From Bdellovibrionales bacterium (GTDB lineage: Bacteria > Bdellovibrionota > Bdellovibrionia > Bdellovibrionales > UBA1609): a stretch of DNA of 64,000 nt. The stretch is taken from the NCBI GenBank assembly GCA_965219095.1, contig CBDCMT010000001.1, positions 1,120,001 to 1,184,000 of the forward strand, in the 5' to 3' direction. Each line of letters opens with the position of its first letter. Positions within the stretch are counted from its first letter, which is position 1. The notes below the pieces were generated by a model. It was not told where the DNA came from and did not search any database. It saw only the letters and a list, made by a program, of their open reading frames with translations. A program made the translations under genes and the position numbers. This document shows positions 1 through 10,299 of the stretch, piece after piece.

Positions 1-596
1 TCAGTAAGGAATTCATTGGTTCCGTTAAACAAAGTATCTACATATTCCATCAGTTTTCTTGAAGATACCTTAAGCAATTGATCTTTAAAGTATAAACTTT
101 CTTTATCTTCTAATTGAGGATTTGTTTCTATTTTTTCCTCAAGATTTTCTATAGAACTCTCTATATGAGAGAATGAACGAGGGTCTATTCTTTCTTTGTT
201 TTTATCTATTAATCCCTTCAAGTCATTAAAGTTATCATCATATTTCTTATGCACCATATTGGATAAGCTTACTAAAGCATCTCCAACTATATACGAATTA
301 GGAGCATTGGAGGCTTTTATAGAGAATTCCTTCTTAATAGTTTCCATCAAAAATTCTATGACAACATTATTGTGATACTCCCCTAATTTTTTAAGAGAGT
401 TGCTAGCTTCTATAAGTTTTTGAGTTGAGCGTCTAGGATTATATTCATCTTGAACTGGGCTTATTTTGTTAAATAAATTATATGCTTCTTCAAGCTTTGT
501 TGAATCAGTCTGTTCTTGTGCGAAAGTTAGCCCATGAAGAGCCGCTAAAATAAAAAAAATGCATAAATATGAAATGATTGTTTTTAATATTTTCAT
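1..596 (-). CDS. Secreted hypothetical protein, runs off window start (not in ORF track)
   Basis: Manual translation from ATG at 596: MKILKTIISYLCIFFILAALHGLTFA|QEQTDSTKLEEAY..., a Sec-type signal peptide; only the N-terminal part was translated by hand. Confidence 0.7.
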   Translation of the reverse strand, partial: MKILKTIISYLCIFFILAALHGLTFAQEQTDSTKLEEAYNLFNKISPVQDEYNPRRSTQKLIEASNSLKKLGEYHNNVVIEFLMETIKKEFSIKASNAPNSYIVGDALVSLSNMVHKKYDDNFNDLKGLIDKNKERIDPRSFSHIESSIENLEEKIETNPQLEDKESLYFKDQLLKVSSRKLMEYVDTLFNGTNEFLT

Positions 597-903
597 GGCT
601 TATCACTATTTTTTATCGAACACCCTCTTTAATTATTTAAAAATCACCAACCTTTAAGTGATTTTAAACTTTGTATTAGAGAAATTCAATAGAGTATGTA
701 TTTTTTTTAATGAAATAATAAAATTTACATAAGAGCTTTATATTATCGAGACATTTTGACAAAAACTAGGCCTATTCTCTGTGTGTGGATTTTGAAGTGC
801 AATCAGTATAGAAGAAAAATCAAAAAGATATCTATGAGAATCTCTTATGACAAAGAGTTTTCTGTGGATTCTGAAAGGGAGATTATAAAAACAAGTTTTA
901 ATA

Positions 904-949
904 AAAACTGCCAGAACCTCCGGGAACCCACAGATTCTTTTGAGGAGGC
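904..949 (+). mobile_element. ISL3 right-end remnant
   Basis: aaaactgccagaacctccggga-ccacagattcttttgaggaggc is the reverse complement of the ISL3 end starting at 25645. Confidence 0.8.
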
Positions 950-1079
950 GATTTTTCTTTTAAGAACTCTTTTCTGAAATTTAAAGGTAAAATCAACTAT
1001 TCTACTCTATCAAAAATTATCAAATCTTGGGAATACTCCACATCCCTTTTGCTTCCAGGAGAATGCGGCACTGTAAATT

Positions 1080-1110
1080 AAATTGTGTAACTGATTTTTT
1101 CATTTTAAAT
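1080..1110. repeat. Dispersed ~30-bp repeat (probable IS-end scar)
   Basis: aaattgtgtaactgattttt..cattt.aaat recurs at 31049-31080, 36069-36100 and inverted at 51941-51967, always in IS-scar regions. Confidence 0.65.
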
Positions 1111-1375
1111 TATGGACTCTTTTTTGTAACATTCTTTGCAAAGCTCTTAATAATCAGGTCTTTCGTTATTACATTTTAAAATCATATAAAGAAGAACACC
1201 TGTACCCTCACAGGTTTATCTAATCCTTTTTTCTTCTTTAAGTTTCTTTAAATCTACCAACTTCTTTTCTCTTTTCCTAGGAGCATGAGCTAAGACTTCT
1301 ATACTCTTAAAAGCAGGCTTTTTTTCGTTTTTTATATTAATAATAATCTGTTCTGCAAAAGATAGGGCTTGTTCC

Positions 1376-2770
1376 GAGGATGTCCCATTTCTCGGTGGAA
1401 TTCTGTTCAAAAATGGAGCAGATAAGAGGACTCCCTGGTGGATTTTTAAGTCCACCTAGGATTTAATAAATATTTAGAATGAATTAAAAATTAAACAAAA
1501 GGAGTCCAAAATGAAGAATACAAAAGAAAAAATATCAATTCAAGAACTATCGGATCACAAGGAGATTCAAGATGCTGTTCATAACTATATGAAGCATAGA
1601 ATTCTTGACGTAATCTACTGGATATTTAATGACGAAGTCACTAAGCTCTGTGGTCCACTATACGATCGAGAGGAAGAATGCATGCGAAATGGAAGCGATC
1701 CTGGGTCTGTTTATGCTCAAGGACAAAGAGTTTCGATTCGAAAGCCCAGAGTTAAAAAAGACGGAAAAGATGTCAAACTGCGAACATACTCTGCTTTGAG
1801 AAACTACGATGTTTTCACTGAAAAGATTCAGAACCACCTTCTCCATGGAGTTTCAACAAGGGACTACGATCCTCTTTTAGAGGAGATCTCTGGTGGCACA
1901 GGAGTTAAGAAGAGTTCTGTTTCTAGAGCTTTTGTAAATTCCTCTAAGAAGGCTTTAGATGAGATAAGCTCTAAGGACTTGTCTAAGCATGAGTTTGTTT
2001 CAGTCATGATAGATGGAGTAGGCTTTGGAGATCGTACAGTGGTGGTTGCTTTAGGTATCGACGTGACGGGCAAAAAGCACATTATAGGGTTACGAGAAGG
2101 AACTACAGAAAATTGCGAGCTGACAAAAGATCTTTTAGAGAACCTTGTTTCTAGAGGTATGGATTCAGATAAGGGCTATCTTTTTGTTATTGATGGTTCT
2201 AAAGCTCTAAGGAAGGCTATCAAGGCAGTTTGGGGAAAAAAGTCTGTTGTTCAACGTTGCATTCGTCACAAAGAAAGAAATATCCTCAATTATTTGCCAA
2301 AAGAAAGACATCAAGAGTTTCGCATTCGTTGGAAAAGACTTCATGGTTCAGTAGATTATGAATCGGCTTTGAAAGAGCATGAGGAGTTAGTTTGTTGGTT
2401 GAAACAGATCAACCATTCAGCTTTAGAATCTCTTGAAGAAGCTTGTAAGGAGACTTTGACTGTGATTCGTCTTAAAGCTACTCCCTCCTTAAAAAAGACT
2501 TTACTGTCTACAAATCCTATAGAGTCCATGTTTTCCTACACAAGGTATAGAACAGGGAGAGTTAAGAACTGGAAAAGAGGAGCAGACCAAGTGAGTCGTT
2601 GGGCTGCTGTTACTCTCTTTGATGCTGAGAAAAGATTTAAACGAATCAGAGGCTTTATGTATTTAAAAAACTTTAAAGAAAACTTAGAAAAAATGGTTGC
2701 AAAACAAAGAAAGGTCGCTTAAACATGAAATCGCCCTCTAACTAATTCCACCGAGAAATGGGACATCCTC
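1376..2770 (+). mobile_element. Complete IS256-family element
   Basis: 27-bp perfect TIR gaggatgtcccatttctcggtggaatt; 8-bp TSD cttgttcc at 1368-1375 and 2771-2778. Confidence 0.95.
1511..2722 (+). CDS. IS256-family (Mutator-type) DDE transposase
   Basis: Motifs GVSTRD, MIDG, FVIDG, QRCIRHK, STNPIES. Confidence 0.95.
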   Translation: MKNTKEKISIQELSDHKEIQDAVHNYMKHRILDVIYWIFNDEVTKLCGPLYDREEECMRNGSDPGSVYAQGQRVSIRKPRVKKDGKDVKLRTYSALRNYDVFTEKIQNHLLHGVSTRDYDPLLEEISGGTGVKKSSVSRAFVNSSKKALDEISSKDLSKHEFVSVMIDGVGFGDRTVVVALGIDVTGKKHIIGLREGTTENCELTKDLLENLVSRGMDSDKGYLFVIDGSKALRKAIKAVWGKKSVVQRCIRHKERNILNYLPKERHQEFRIRWKRLHGSVDYESALKEHEELVCWLKQINHSALESLEEACKETLTVIRLKATPSLKKTLLSTNPIESMFSYTRYRTGRVKNWKRGADQVSRWAAVTLFDAEKRFKRIRGFMYLKNFKENLEKMVAKQRKVA

Positions 2771-3067
2771 CTTGTTCCAGTCTCTTTTTATCTGTATATT
2801 GCCCCAAATGTTGAATGGTTTTTTGGATGACTTTATTCTGCACTCTCTTGTTCTCTACAATCTGAACTGAAATAGAACCATTTTCTCTTGAAATCTTTTT
2901 TACAAACATATTTAAATATTAAAAGAAGTTTCCAGTCCTGAAAAGACCTCAAAAAAAGATTTCTGACACTACAAATGCACTTTCTGGAAAAATACCCCCC
3001 AACTCTGTTTTAAACATAGCCTGCACACTTTTATGAAGTTTTAGTAGTGGAAAATGCTGAAGTCGGG

Positions 3068-3153
3068 ACACTCTAAAAATTTAACAAAGTTTGATCAAAA
3101 AATCAGAACGCTATGCGATAAAAGAATGTCGAATTATTTTTTGGAATTGGTAT
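3068..3153 (-). mobile_element. IS630 type A left-end remnant
   Basis: Reverse complement of tataccatttccaaaaattaattcgac...ttagagtgt, also at 16166, 24915, 36177 and 51842-51925. Confidence 0.8.
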
Positions 3154-3384
3154 GAAGAGGATGTTTCTTAGATTTTAAAGGAGAAGTTTTTATTGATCTT
3201 GTTGTAAAACGACTTTACAGGGACAATCTCGAAAGTTCGCTAAAACATTACAAAAAAAGTCACTTAGGCCTAGCTAAAAATTAGACACTTTAACCCCTTA
3301 AAATTATTACACTTTTTCTGATCCGGGAAAAATCTTTATCAATCTAACAGGGTTGGTCTTTAGGGGATTTTCTAGAAACAAAAA

Positions 3385-3436
3385 AATCAAGCAATTTCAA
3401 TAGGTTAAAAAATGCCTTTTTGGCACACTTTGTGCT
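3385..3436 (+). promoter_or_regulatory. Putative sigma54 promoter with upstream IHF-like site
   Basis: tGGcacactttgtGCt (GG-N10-GC) at 3421-3436; tttcaataggtta at 3395-3407 resembles WATCAANNNNTTR. Confidence 0.6.
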
Positions 3437-3447
3437 TCTAAAAGGGT

Positions 3448-4581
3448 ATGAAAGAGAATATGATAGCTTTTATTTCAGGTATTTTCATAACTTTGTTTTT
3501 CCTCGTTCCTACAAAGAGAGAAAAACAAAGTAGTTTTTATCAAGATAAAAAGTCTTTTTTTGAAGAAAAATCTTATACAACAAAGATGGCAAATAAAAGA
3601 ATTCAGCTTCCTAGAAAACAATCTTACAAAAGAAAAAAACTAAGGCTCTCTAGTCGTGGAAAACAACTAAGGTTCTCTACTCATGGAAAAAAACTTCAAA
3701 AAACAGATTCTCTTATAAAAAACTCTAAAGATAAACGGGTGCATCAAGTGCAAATCGGTAATGAATCAAAGCCTTCAAAAAGCAAACAACTTCAAAAAAA
3801 TAAAGACAAAACAAATAGCAAAAAGGATGGTTCCTTGTCACAAAGCAAAAAAGAGTCTTACAAGAAAGATTCTAAAGCAAAAAAAACAGCACCCTCTTCT
3901 CTAAAGCCTCAAACGGCAATTACTTTATATCCTCCGCACTCTTTTGTTGAAAATGGAAAACGCCCTGCTCATATGAGAACAAAACCTAAAAACTTCCATT
4001 TCACAAATGAAGAAAAAACTCTCAGCCATTGGATGGATCGTATTGTAAAAAAGGAAGACAAAAAAGCTCTAGAAGAGTTTGTCTATTTTTTGAATTTAAA
4101 AAAGATCAAAAATTCTATCTTTAAAGATGTTTTAGAAGCTATGTTAGAAAAAGGATCTCTTTATCCAAAAGCTATGAATCTTTTAGAAAAAAACCCTTCC
4201 TCTCTATCCTTTTATATCTTAAGCCAACACTTAAGAAAGGTGTCAGATGAAGAGAAGGAAAACTCTTTAAGGGAGAGTCTGCATTCTTATTTAGAGCCTC
4301 ATAAAATAAGTTATCTCATACAAGTTTTAAGAAATGAAGGGCTTTCTTCTCAAACGACATACAAAGCTCTTGAAATCCTGTCTCAAAGGGAAGAAAACAT
4401 ACAAAACTTAGCTTATGACACAAAAAGAAACCTCTTTACCGCTTTAGCTTATTTCCAAGAAGAACACAATAAACTTCTTTATTCTCGAAAAGAACTTTCT
4501 AAACTAGAAGAAGAAAACTATAGTCTAGCTTATGATATTATGGGACTTATGAAGAGAATTGGTTCTTCAGAAGCTATTTAG
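3448..4581 (+). CDS. Hypothetical membrane-anchored protein with Lys-rich linker and helical C-terminus
   Basis: 377-aa ORF with N-terminal hydrophobic segment. Confidence 0.7.
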   Translation: MKENMIAFISGIFITLFFLVPTKREKQSSFYQDKKSFFEEKSYTTKMANKRIQLPRKQSYKRKKLRLSSRGKQLRFSTHGKKLQKTDSLIKNSKDKRVHQVQIGNESKPSKSKQLQKNKDKTNSKKDGSLSQSKKESYKKDSKAKKTAPSSLKPQTAITLYPPHSFVENGKRPAHMRTKPKNFHFTNEEKTLSHWMDRIVKKEDKKALEEFVYFLNLKKIKNSIFKDVLEAMLEKGSLYPKAMNLLEKNPSSLSFYILSQHLRKVSDEEKENSLRESLHSYLEPHKISYLIQVLRNEGLSSQTTYKALEILSQREENIQNLAYDTKRNLFTALAYFQEEHNKLLYSRKELSKLEEENYSLAYDIMGLMKRIGSSEAI

Positions 4582-4654
4582 CTTTAGACTTTTTTCTTGT
4601 TTTTGATTTTTTCTCCTGACCTTCATCTATTTTTTTCCTTCTTCAGCTATAGAA

Positions 4655-5065
4655 ATGATTAAAGGTTCCGATAATGAAATAAAGGGGAAGAACATGAAAG
4701 AAGTTATAAAAACTCTAAAAGCCAGGAATTTAATTTTAAAAAATTTTTACAAAAAAAATCGAGAACAAATTTCAAAAATGAAAGTCTCTCGAGATTTTGA
4801 TATTAGAAAATTCTATTTTCAAAAAGAGAGTTTATACCAACAGCTTAACTTTACAAATCAAAACCTTCGTGAATCTATGAAAGAACTTGAAGATCTATCT
4901 GCCTCCCATCTTATGATTTTTAAAAAAGATATTCTAAGAGAGCTTATGGTTAAGGATCATTTATCTAAAGCGATCCTTGATCAAGATCTTGAGATTCTCT
5001 CTATCTTAGATTCTATGAAATCAAACATCATCAGGAAGCTATCCACAGCAGATATTGCAGGTTGA
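4655..5065 (+). CDS. Helical hypothetical protein, possibly FlgN-like (true start may be 4694)
   Basis: Coiled-coil character; sigma28-like tccgataa at 4667-4674; purine-rich RBS before ATG 4694. Confidence 0.5.
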   Translation: MIKGSDNEIKGKNMKEVIKTLKARNLILKNFYKKNREQISKMKVSRDFDIRKFYFQKESLYQQLNFTNQNLRESMKELEDLSASHLMIFKKDILRELMVKDHLSKAILDQDLEILSILDSMKSNIIRKLSTADIAG

Positions 5066-5095
5066 AATTTGATTGAAAAAGTTTAAACTATAGAT

Positions 5096-7000
5096 ATGGA
5101 CTTTCTATGGCTCTCTAGAGGAAACCTGCCCTTGCTTCTAAAAAATTCTTGCTATGCTTTTAAAGAGCTTAGAAAAAATGAAGCTCAAAATATAAAATCT
5201 TCTATCCTTGTTTTTGATAAAAGCTTCAAAGAAGTGTGGCATGAAAACCTTGCATCTGCAGTTAAAGTCTTTTTTTGCCACAACAAAAGTCAAGATCAAG
5301 GGCTTATTGAAGCTGTGAATGGCTTAAAAGTTTTTAGTGTTATCGATGAAGCAAGTTCAGAAAATGAAGTAGACTTTATTTTAAAAAAAGCTTTAAATCA
5401 CTATGAAGAAAAAAGTGCTCAAAAGCTTTTTTTAGAAGGCTTAAAATTAGAAAATGAAAAATTAGTACAAAAAAAATCTAAGAAAGAAAAAGAGTATCAT
5501 AAGTATACTCTAAATTTTAAACATATAAATTCAGAAACTCAAAAAGCTCTAAGAAAAAGAAAAGACATAGTACATTTAGCAAAAAAACTCTCTGGTATCA
5601 CAGTCATTGATGATTTTTTCAAAGTTCTTCAACAAGAGATAAAAATCTTTCATAAGGTTCACAGTCTTTATCTTGTTTATACGGATCATAATAAACAGTC
5701 CTTTCTCTTGTTTTCTAAAGAAAGGTTTATCAAAGAAAAACCCTTAGGAAGGGTTGACCGTCTTCTTCAAGCTTTCAACCATTCTCACAAGCTAGCAAAT
5801 CTTATCAAAAGGCCGGTTTTACCTATAAAACAATTTGTTCTTTTGAAGAATCCTCCTTGTACTCTCATTTTTGAAGCCACTTTAAATGTTGAAGAAGAAA
5901 AGGTGTTTTCGTCTTTTCTAGAGAAAAGACAAAAGATTCTAGAACTTACTTTTGAATTAGCCTTATTTCAAAATCAAATGAGAAAAACCATGCAAACGTG
6001 GGAAAAAGTTTTCAATGGCATACAAAACCCTCTTGCTGTAATCAAAAGAGATGGTTCCGTGATAAGAGCTAATAAACACTTCTTTCAGATGAACTTGTCC
6101 CGTAAATGCTATCAAACTCTACAAAATCAAAATAAGATTCGTGTTAATAGTTTTCTTGAAAACCACCTTTTTGAAGAAAAAACTCAACGAACCCCTATTG
6201 TTGTTAAAGACAAAATTTATGAACTTCATTCTTTTCCTATTAAGTTCTCTTATGAAAAAAAAACCTCTGCTGTTATTAATTATTACATTGATGTAACTAA
6301 GGCAAAAAAGCTTTATAGCCAAATGATACAAAATGAGAAAGCCATGGCTTTGGGACACTTAGCCCAGCAACTCACCCATGAACTTAACAACCCTTTAACA
6401 GGAATCAAGTCTATGGCCCAGATTTTATCTTCAAAAGCCTCGTCTGCGGTCAAAGAAGATCTCAACTACATTCAAGAAGGTGTAAATCAGTGTCTTTCTA
6501 TTATTCAAAATCTTCATGATTTTTCTTGTGAAGCACTTGATCTTAAAGTTGTATCCTTAAGGTTTCTTGTAGAAAAAACCCTTCCCCTTTTAAAATCTGC
6601 AGTCAGTTTTTTTGAAAGAGAGACCACATTGGATCAAAAACAAGATTTTGTAAAAATACAGCCTCAGCTTATACAGCAAGTGATCTTCAACCTTGTCAAA
6701 AACGCCTCCCAAGCTATGGAAAAGCACAAAGGAAAAATTGAAATCAGAACCAAAGTTTTAAAAAACACAGTGCGATTTTCCGTAAAAGATACAGGCTCAG
6801 GGATTGATGACAAGTTAAAAAAGGCCATCTATGAACCTTTTTTTACTACTAAATCATCTTCCGATGGAACAGGCCTAGGCCTTCATTTATGTAAAACTAT
6901 CATTGAAAAAATGGGGGGGGAACTTGACTTTCAAACTTCCCTTTCAAAAGGAAGCCTTTTTTATTTTGATCTACCCCGGATTGAAAGACACTCCCTATGA
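5096..7000 (+). CDS. Sensor histidine kinase (NtrB-like, PAS-like region)
   Basis: H-box HELNNPLT, N-box NLVKNA, DTGSGI, EPFFTTK, GTGLGL. Confidence 0.92.
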   Translation: MDFLWLSRGNLPLLLKNSCYAFKELRKNEAQNIKSSILVFDKSFKEVWHENLASAVKVFFCHNKSQDQGLIEAVNGLKVFSVIDEASSENEVDFILKKALNHYEEKSAQKLFLEGLKLENEKLVQKKSKKEKEYHKYTLNFKHINSETQKALRKRKDIVHLAKKLSGITVIDDFFKVLQQEIKIFHKVHSLYLVYTDHNKQSFLLFSKERFIKEKPLGRVDRLLQAFNHSHKLANLIKRPVLPIKQFVLLKNPPCTLIFEATLNVEEEKVFSSFLEKRQKILELTFELALFQNQMRKTMQTWEKVFNGIQNPLAVIKRDGSVIRANKHFFQMNLSRKCYQTLQNQNKIRVNSFLENHLFEEKTQRTPIVVKDKIYELHSFPIKFSYEKKTSAVINYYIDVTKAKKLYSQMIQNEKAMALGHLAQQLTHELNNPLTGIKSMAQILSSKASSAVKEDLNYIQEGVNQCLSIIQNLHDFSCEALDLKVVSLRFLVEKTLPLLKSAVSFFERETTLDQKQDFVKIQPQLIQQVIFNLVKNASQAMEKHKGKIEIRTKVLKNTVRFSVKDTGSGIDDKLKKAIYEPFFTTKSSSDGTGLGLHLCKTIIEKMGGELDFQTSLSKGSLFYFDLPRIERHSL

Positions 7001-7353
7001 AAGTTTTAGTAATAGATGATGAAGAGCTTATAAGAAGAACTTTGGTGCATGTAGCTGAGAGCTTTGATTTTACAGTCAAAGAAGCTCAAGACAGTCATGA
7101 AGGAGAAAGAATTTGGTGTTCTTTTCAACCCGATCTAGTGTTTGTAGATGTTCTTATGCCAGGTCAAACGGGTCCAGAATTGATAAAAACGATGTCAAAA
7201 AGACATTCCTCAAAAATTGTCCTTATGTCAGCTCTCACTCAAGACTATGACACCAAAAAGGCCCAAGCTTTGGGTGCTGATTGGTTTGTAGGTAAACCTT
7301 TTGACAACATCTTTGATGTTTTTCAAAAAGCTAAGTGTCTCATAGACAAGTAA
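6997..7353 (+). CDS. Single-domain response regulator (CheY-like)
   Basis: VLVIDDE, DVLMP, KPF motifs. Confidence 0.92.
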   Translation: MKVLVIDDEELIRRTLVHVAESFDFTVKEAQDSHEGERIWCSFQPDLVFVDVLMPGQTGPELIKTMSKRHSSKIVLMSALTQDYDTKKAQALGADWFVGKPFDNIFDVFQKAKCLIDK

Positions 7354-7407
7354 GGCAAGACAAGTTTTTTTCTTGACAAGACCTTATAAACCAAAGAAGT
7401 ATTAAGT

Positions 7408-7893
7408 ATGAAGAAAACGGCTCTTTATGCTGGAAGCTTTGATCCCATCACTTACGGGCATATAGATCTTATTGAAAAAGCTCAAAAAATTTTTAATAAA
7501 ATCATTGTTCTTGTCTCTTCTTCTGAAAAAAAACCCCCTCTCTTCTCATTAAAAGAACGTCTCAATCTTGTAAGAGAAAGCGTCAAGCATTTTCAATCTG
7601 TAGAGGTTGATTCCTCTGAAATCCTTACAGCAGAGTATGCTAGAGAAAAAGATATTTGTATTTTGCTAAGAGGCCTTCGTACAGCATCTGATCTTGACTA
7701 CGAACTGCGTTTGAATTGGATGAATCAACAAATCAACAAATCATTGGAAACAGTTTTTGTCACTCCCTGTCCTAAAAATTTCCTTATTTCTTCTCAAATT
7801 ATAAAAGAAATCGCAAAAATAAAACCTAAGGAATTAGAAAATTTTGTTCCTCCTTTAGTGGCTCAAAAGCTAAAAGAAAGATTGAGCCTATGA
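7408..7893 (+). CDS. coaD: Pantetheine-phosphate adenylyltransferase
   Basis: GSFDPITYGH, RGLR, ISS motifs. Confidence 0.95.
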   Translation: MKKTALYAGSFDPITYGHIDLIEKAQKIFNKIIVLVSSSEKKPPLFSLKERLNLVRESVKHFQSVEVDSSEILTAEYAREKDICILLRGLRTASDLDYELRLNWMNQQINKSLETVFVTPCPKNFLISSQIIKEIAKIKPKELENFVPPLVAQKLKERLSL

Positions 7894-9071
7894 ATCAACT
7901 GTCACAAAGAGCTTGCAATTTAAAAAGCTCTCCCACACTTCGTTTAAACCAAAAGACAAAAGAACTAAGAGATAGAGGTGAAAAAGTAATTTCCTTTGCA
8001 ACAGGAGAGCCTCAATGGCAGGCACCTCAATACGTTATTGAAACTGAATATGAAAGCCTTAAAAAAGGGGCCACTCGCTACACTCCTTCTTCAGGAATAG
8101 AGGAGCTTAAAAGTGCTATTGTCAACAAAATTAGAAAGAATCTCTTTCTAGACTATGAAGTAAATGATGTTAGTGTTTCCACAGGAGCTAAGTTTGCCAC
8201 CTTCGCAGGCCTTCAAATTCTTTGTGATCCTAAAGACGAAGTCATTGTGATAGCACCTTATTGGGTTAGTTATCCTGAGATGATTCGTTTAGCAGGTGCT
8301 ACACCTTCTGTGATTTCTACTTCCAGAGAATCAAACTTTAAACTCACAGCCGAACAGTTAAAAAGACACATCAATGAGAATACAAAAGCTCTCATACTTA
8401 ACAATCCTGTCAATCCAACAGCTCAAGTTTACACAAAACAGGAGTTAGAAGGCTTAGCTAAAGTTTTAAGGCGTCATCCTCAAGTTTTTGTTCTTTGTGA
8501 TGATGTTTATTATGATCTCTCCTTTAGTCGTCCTACGCACTTTTTAGAAATAGCTGGCGATTTAAAAGATAGAACCCTTCTTTTAAATTCTGTATCTAAA
8601 AGCTATTCTATGACAGGCTGGAGGATTGGTTGGTCTGTGTGCTCTCATAAAGAGGTCATTTCGGCCATTAACAAATATCAAAGCCAATCCATTAGCTGTA
8701 CTTCTCATGCAGGACAATTTGCTGCTGCTGCAGCTCTTCAATCAGGTGATCTTTTTATTAAAGAATCTCTTGAAAAACTCATTGATAAAAAAAATTTTGT
8801 TATGACAAAACTTTCAGAATTAGATCTTAAAGCTATTACCCCTCAGGCTACATTCTACCTCTGGGTATGTATTGAAGACTATCTTACAGGGCCTTTAAAA
8901 ACCTCTCGTGAATTTTCAGAAGCTCTTCTAGAAAAACATATGGTGGTTGCTGTTCCCGGTATTGACTTTGGACTAGATGGTTACTTACGTTTAAGCTATT
9001 GTCTTAGTTTTGAAGACATTAGAGAGGGGCTGATGCGTTTGAAACTTTTTACATCTTCTTTAAAAAACTAG
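7890..9071 (+). CDS. PLP-dependent class I/II (aspartate) aminotransferase
   Basis: NNPVNPT, DDVY, SVSKSYSMTGWRIG. Confidence 0.93.
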   Translation: MNQLSQRACNLKSSPTLRLNQKTKELRDRGEKVISFATGEPQWQAPQYVIETEYESLKKGATRYTPSSGIEELKSAIVNKIRKNLFLDYEVNDVSVSTGAKFATFAGLQILCDPKDEVIVIAPYWVSYPEMIRLAGATPSVISTSRESNFKLTAEQLKRHINENTKALILNNPVNPTAQVYTKQELEGLAKVLRRHPQVFVLCDDVYYDLSFSRPTHFLEIAGDLKDRTLLLNSVSKSYSMTGWRIGWSVCSHKEVISAINKYQSQSISCTSHAGQFAAAAALQSGDLFIKESLEKLIDKKNFVMTKLSELDLKAITPQATFYLWVCIEDYLTGPLKTSREFSEALLEKHMVVAVPGIDFGLDGYLRLSYCLSFEDIREGLMRLKLFTSSLKN

Positions 9072-9142
9072 TCTTTTATCTAAGTTTACCTTTACAGACC
9101 TTTGTTTTAAAATAAAAGTGTCCTTATATTAGGAATTTAGAT

Positions 9143-9631
9143 ATGGCTTTTCTTATTTTTATACAGATGGTTTTTAATGTGGCTCTTAGTTTTTTTGTAT
9201 TAGCTTTGTTAAAAAAACAAAATGCAGATAGGAAAGATGAAAGACTTAGTCAAGCCCTTAGGCTTTTAGAGAAAAAAATATCACTCCTTCAAGAACTTTC
9301 TAGGCAGATTGATCATCAAGTTTTTTCTACAGCTAACGCATATAAGATGGGCAGATCAAAAATAGAGAAAGCAAAAAAACAAACTCAAACCTTTAAAGAC
9401 AGCTGTGATCAATTTAAAAATAAAAACAGCAAAGACAACTGGCCTTCTAAAGTTTATGACTTTAAAAACCATGTATCCCTAAAAGCTAAGTCTTTTGCTT
9501 ATGATTTAAAGAACGTTGCTTCTAAAGAGCCTCCCTTAACTTTAAAAGATAAGCTTCAAACAAAAAAGGACAAGCCTCAAACAAATTTAAAACTTATTTC
9601 AAAAGATGATTCACCAGAAGACAGCTTATAA
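9143..9631 (+). CDS. Hypothetical membrane-anchored coiled-coil protein
   Basis: N-terminal TM helix followed by coiled coil. Confidence 0.6.
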   Translation: MAFLIFIQMVFNVALSFFVLALLKKQNADRKDERLSQALRLLEKKISLLQELSRQIDHQVFSTANAYKMGRSKIEKAKKQTQTFKDSCDQFKNKNSKDNWPSKVYDFKNHVSLKAKSFAYDLKNVASKEPPLTLKDKLQTKKDKPQTNLKLISKDDSPEDSL

Positions 9632-10126
9632 CTCTTGTTGACTTACACGAATGAAGTGAGTTAAGTAATAACGAACCATAGAGGTTAAGTCCACACGAAG
9701 ATTTTTGAAAGACCATTCTAACTCTCCGTAGGCAATAAATTGTGCTTGAATTTTATGCTCATCTTGCAAATCATTTTTCTTGTCATTTTGAATTAAGTGG
9801 ATGCAAATCTCCCCTGGTTTAAGAGTGTAAAAAACCATCTGAAAACCATGTCGGAACAACATAAATCCAGGTCTTTTTATAGATAGCTTGTAGATTTTAA
9901 GGCGGGCTTTACGACCTTCTTCTGTATCTTCTTTAAACTCATTGAAATAGATAATGTATTTTTCAAAAATATCCTTTATTAAGGATAAAGATTCTTTGGT
10001 TTTTTCTTCTAAAATTTCTTTTGGGCTAGTTTGTACTCCATAAAAATTATTGGACAAAAGCTCGCCTTCTGTCATAGCCTGTTCTTCTAGAACTAGTTTT
10101 TCTAACCAATCATGTTGAATTTCCAA
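9626..10126 (-). CDS. Hypothetical protein
   Basis: 166-aa ORF preceded by a ggaagg RBS-like motif. Confidence 0.65.
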   Translation of the reverse strand: MEIQHDWLEKLVLEEQAMTEGELLSNNFYGVQTSPKEILEEKTKESLSLIKDIFEKYIIYFNEFKEDTEEGRKARLKIYKLSIKRPGFMLFRHGFQMVFYTLKPGEICIHLIQNDKKNDLQDEHKIQAQFIAYGELEWSFKNLRVDLTSMVRYYLTHFIRVSQQEL

Positions 10127-10299
10127 AACACCTTCCTTCTTTTCAATATAACCCTAAGTTTATGGTTATATTGTGATTTATGAAAGTCAACGTAGTTTTT
10201 TTGCTAAGCGTCATAGCTCCATTTTAAACTCAAATCCATCTAAGCTAGTTAGAGAAGGTATAGTAAAATTATAAATAAAACTAAAAAAGGACATTTTTT

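Larger units (their letters stand above)
1216..3067 (-). pseudogene. IS1634-family transposase 5' remnant split by IS256
   Basis: Removing IS256 restores MFVKKISRENGSISVQIVENKRVQNKVIQKTIQHLGQYTDKKRLEQALSFAEQII... from ATG at 2909; IS1634-like terminus cccgacttc at 3067 on the minus strand. Confidence 0.75.

Noticed and set aside
756..977. 73-aa ORF
   Set aside because: Reads through an ISL3 end scar; probably spurious
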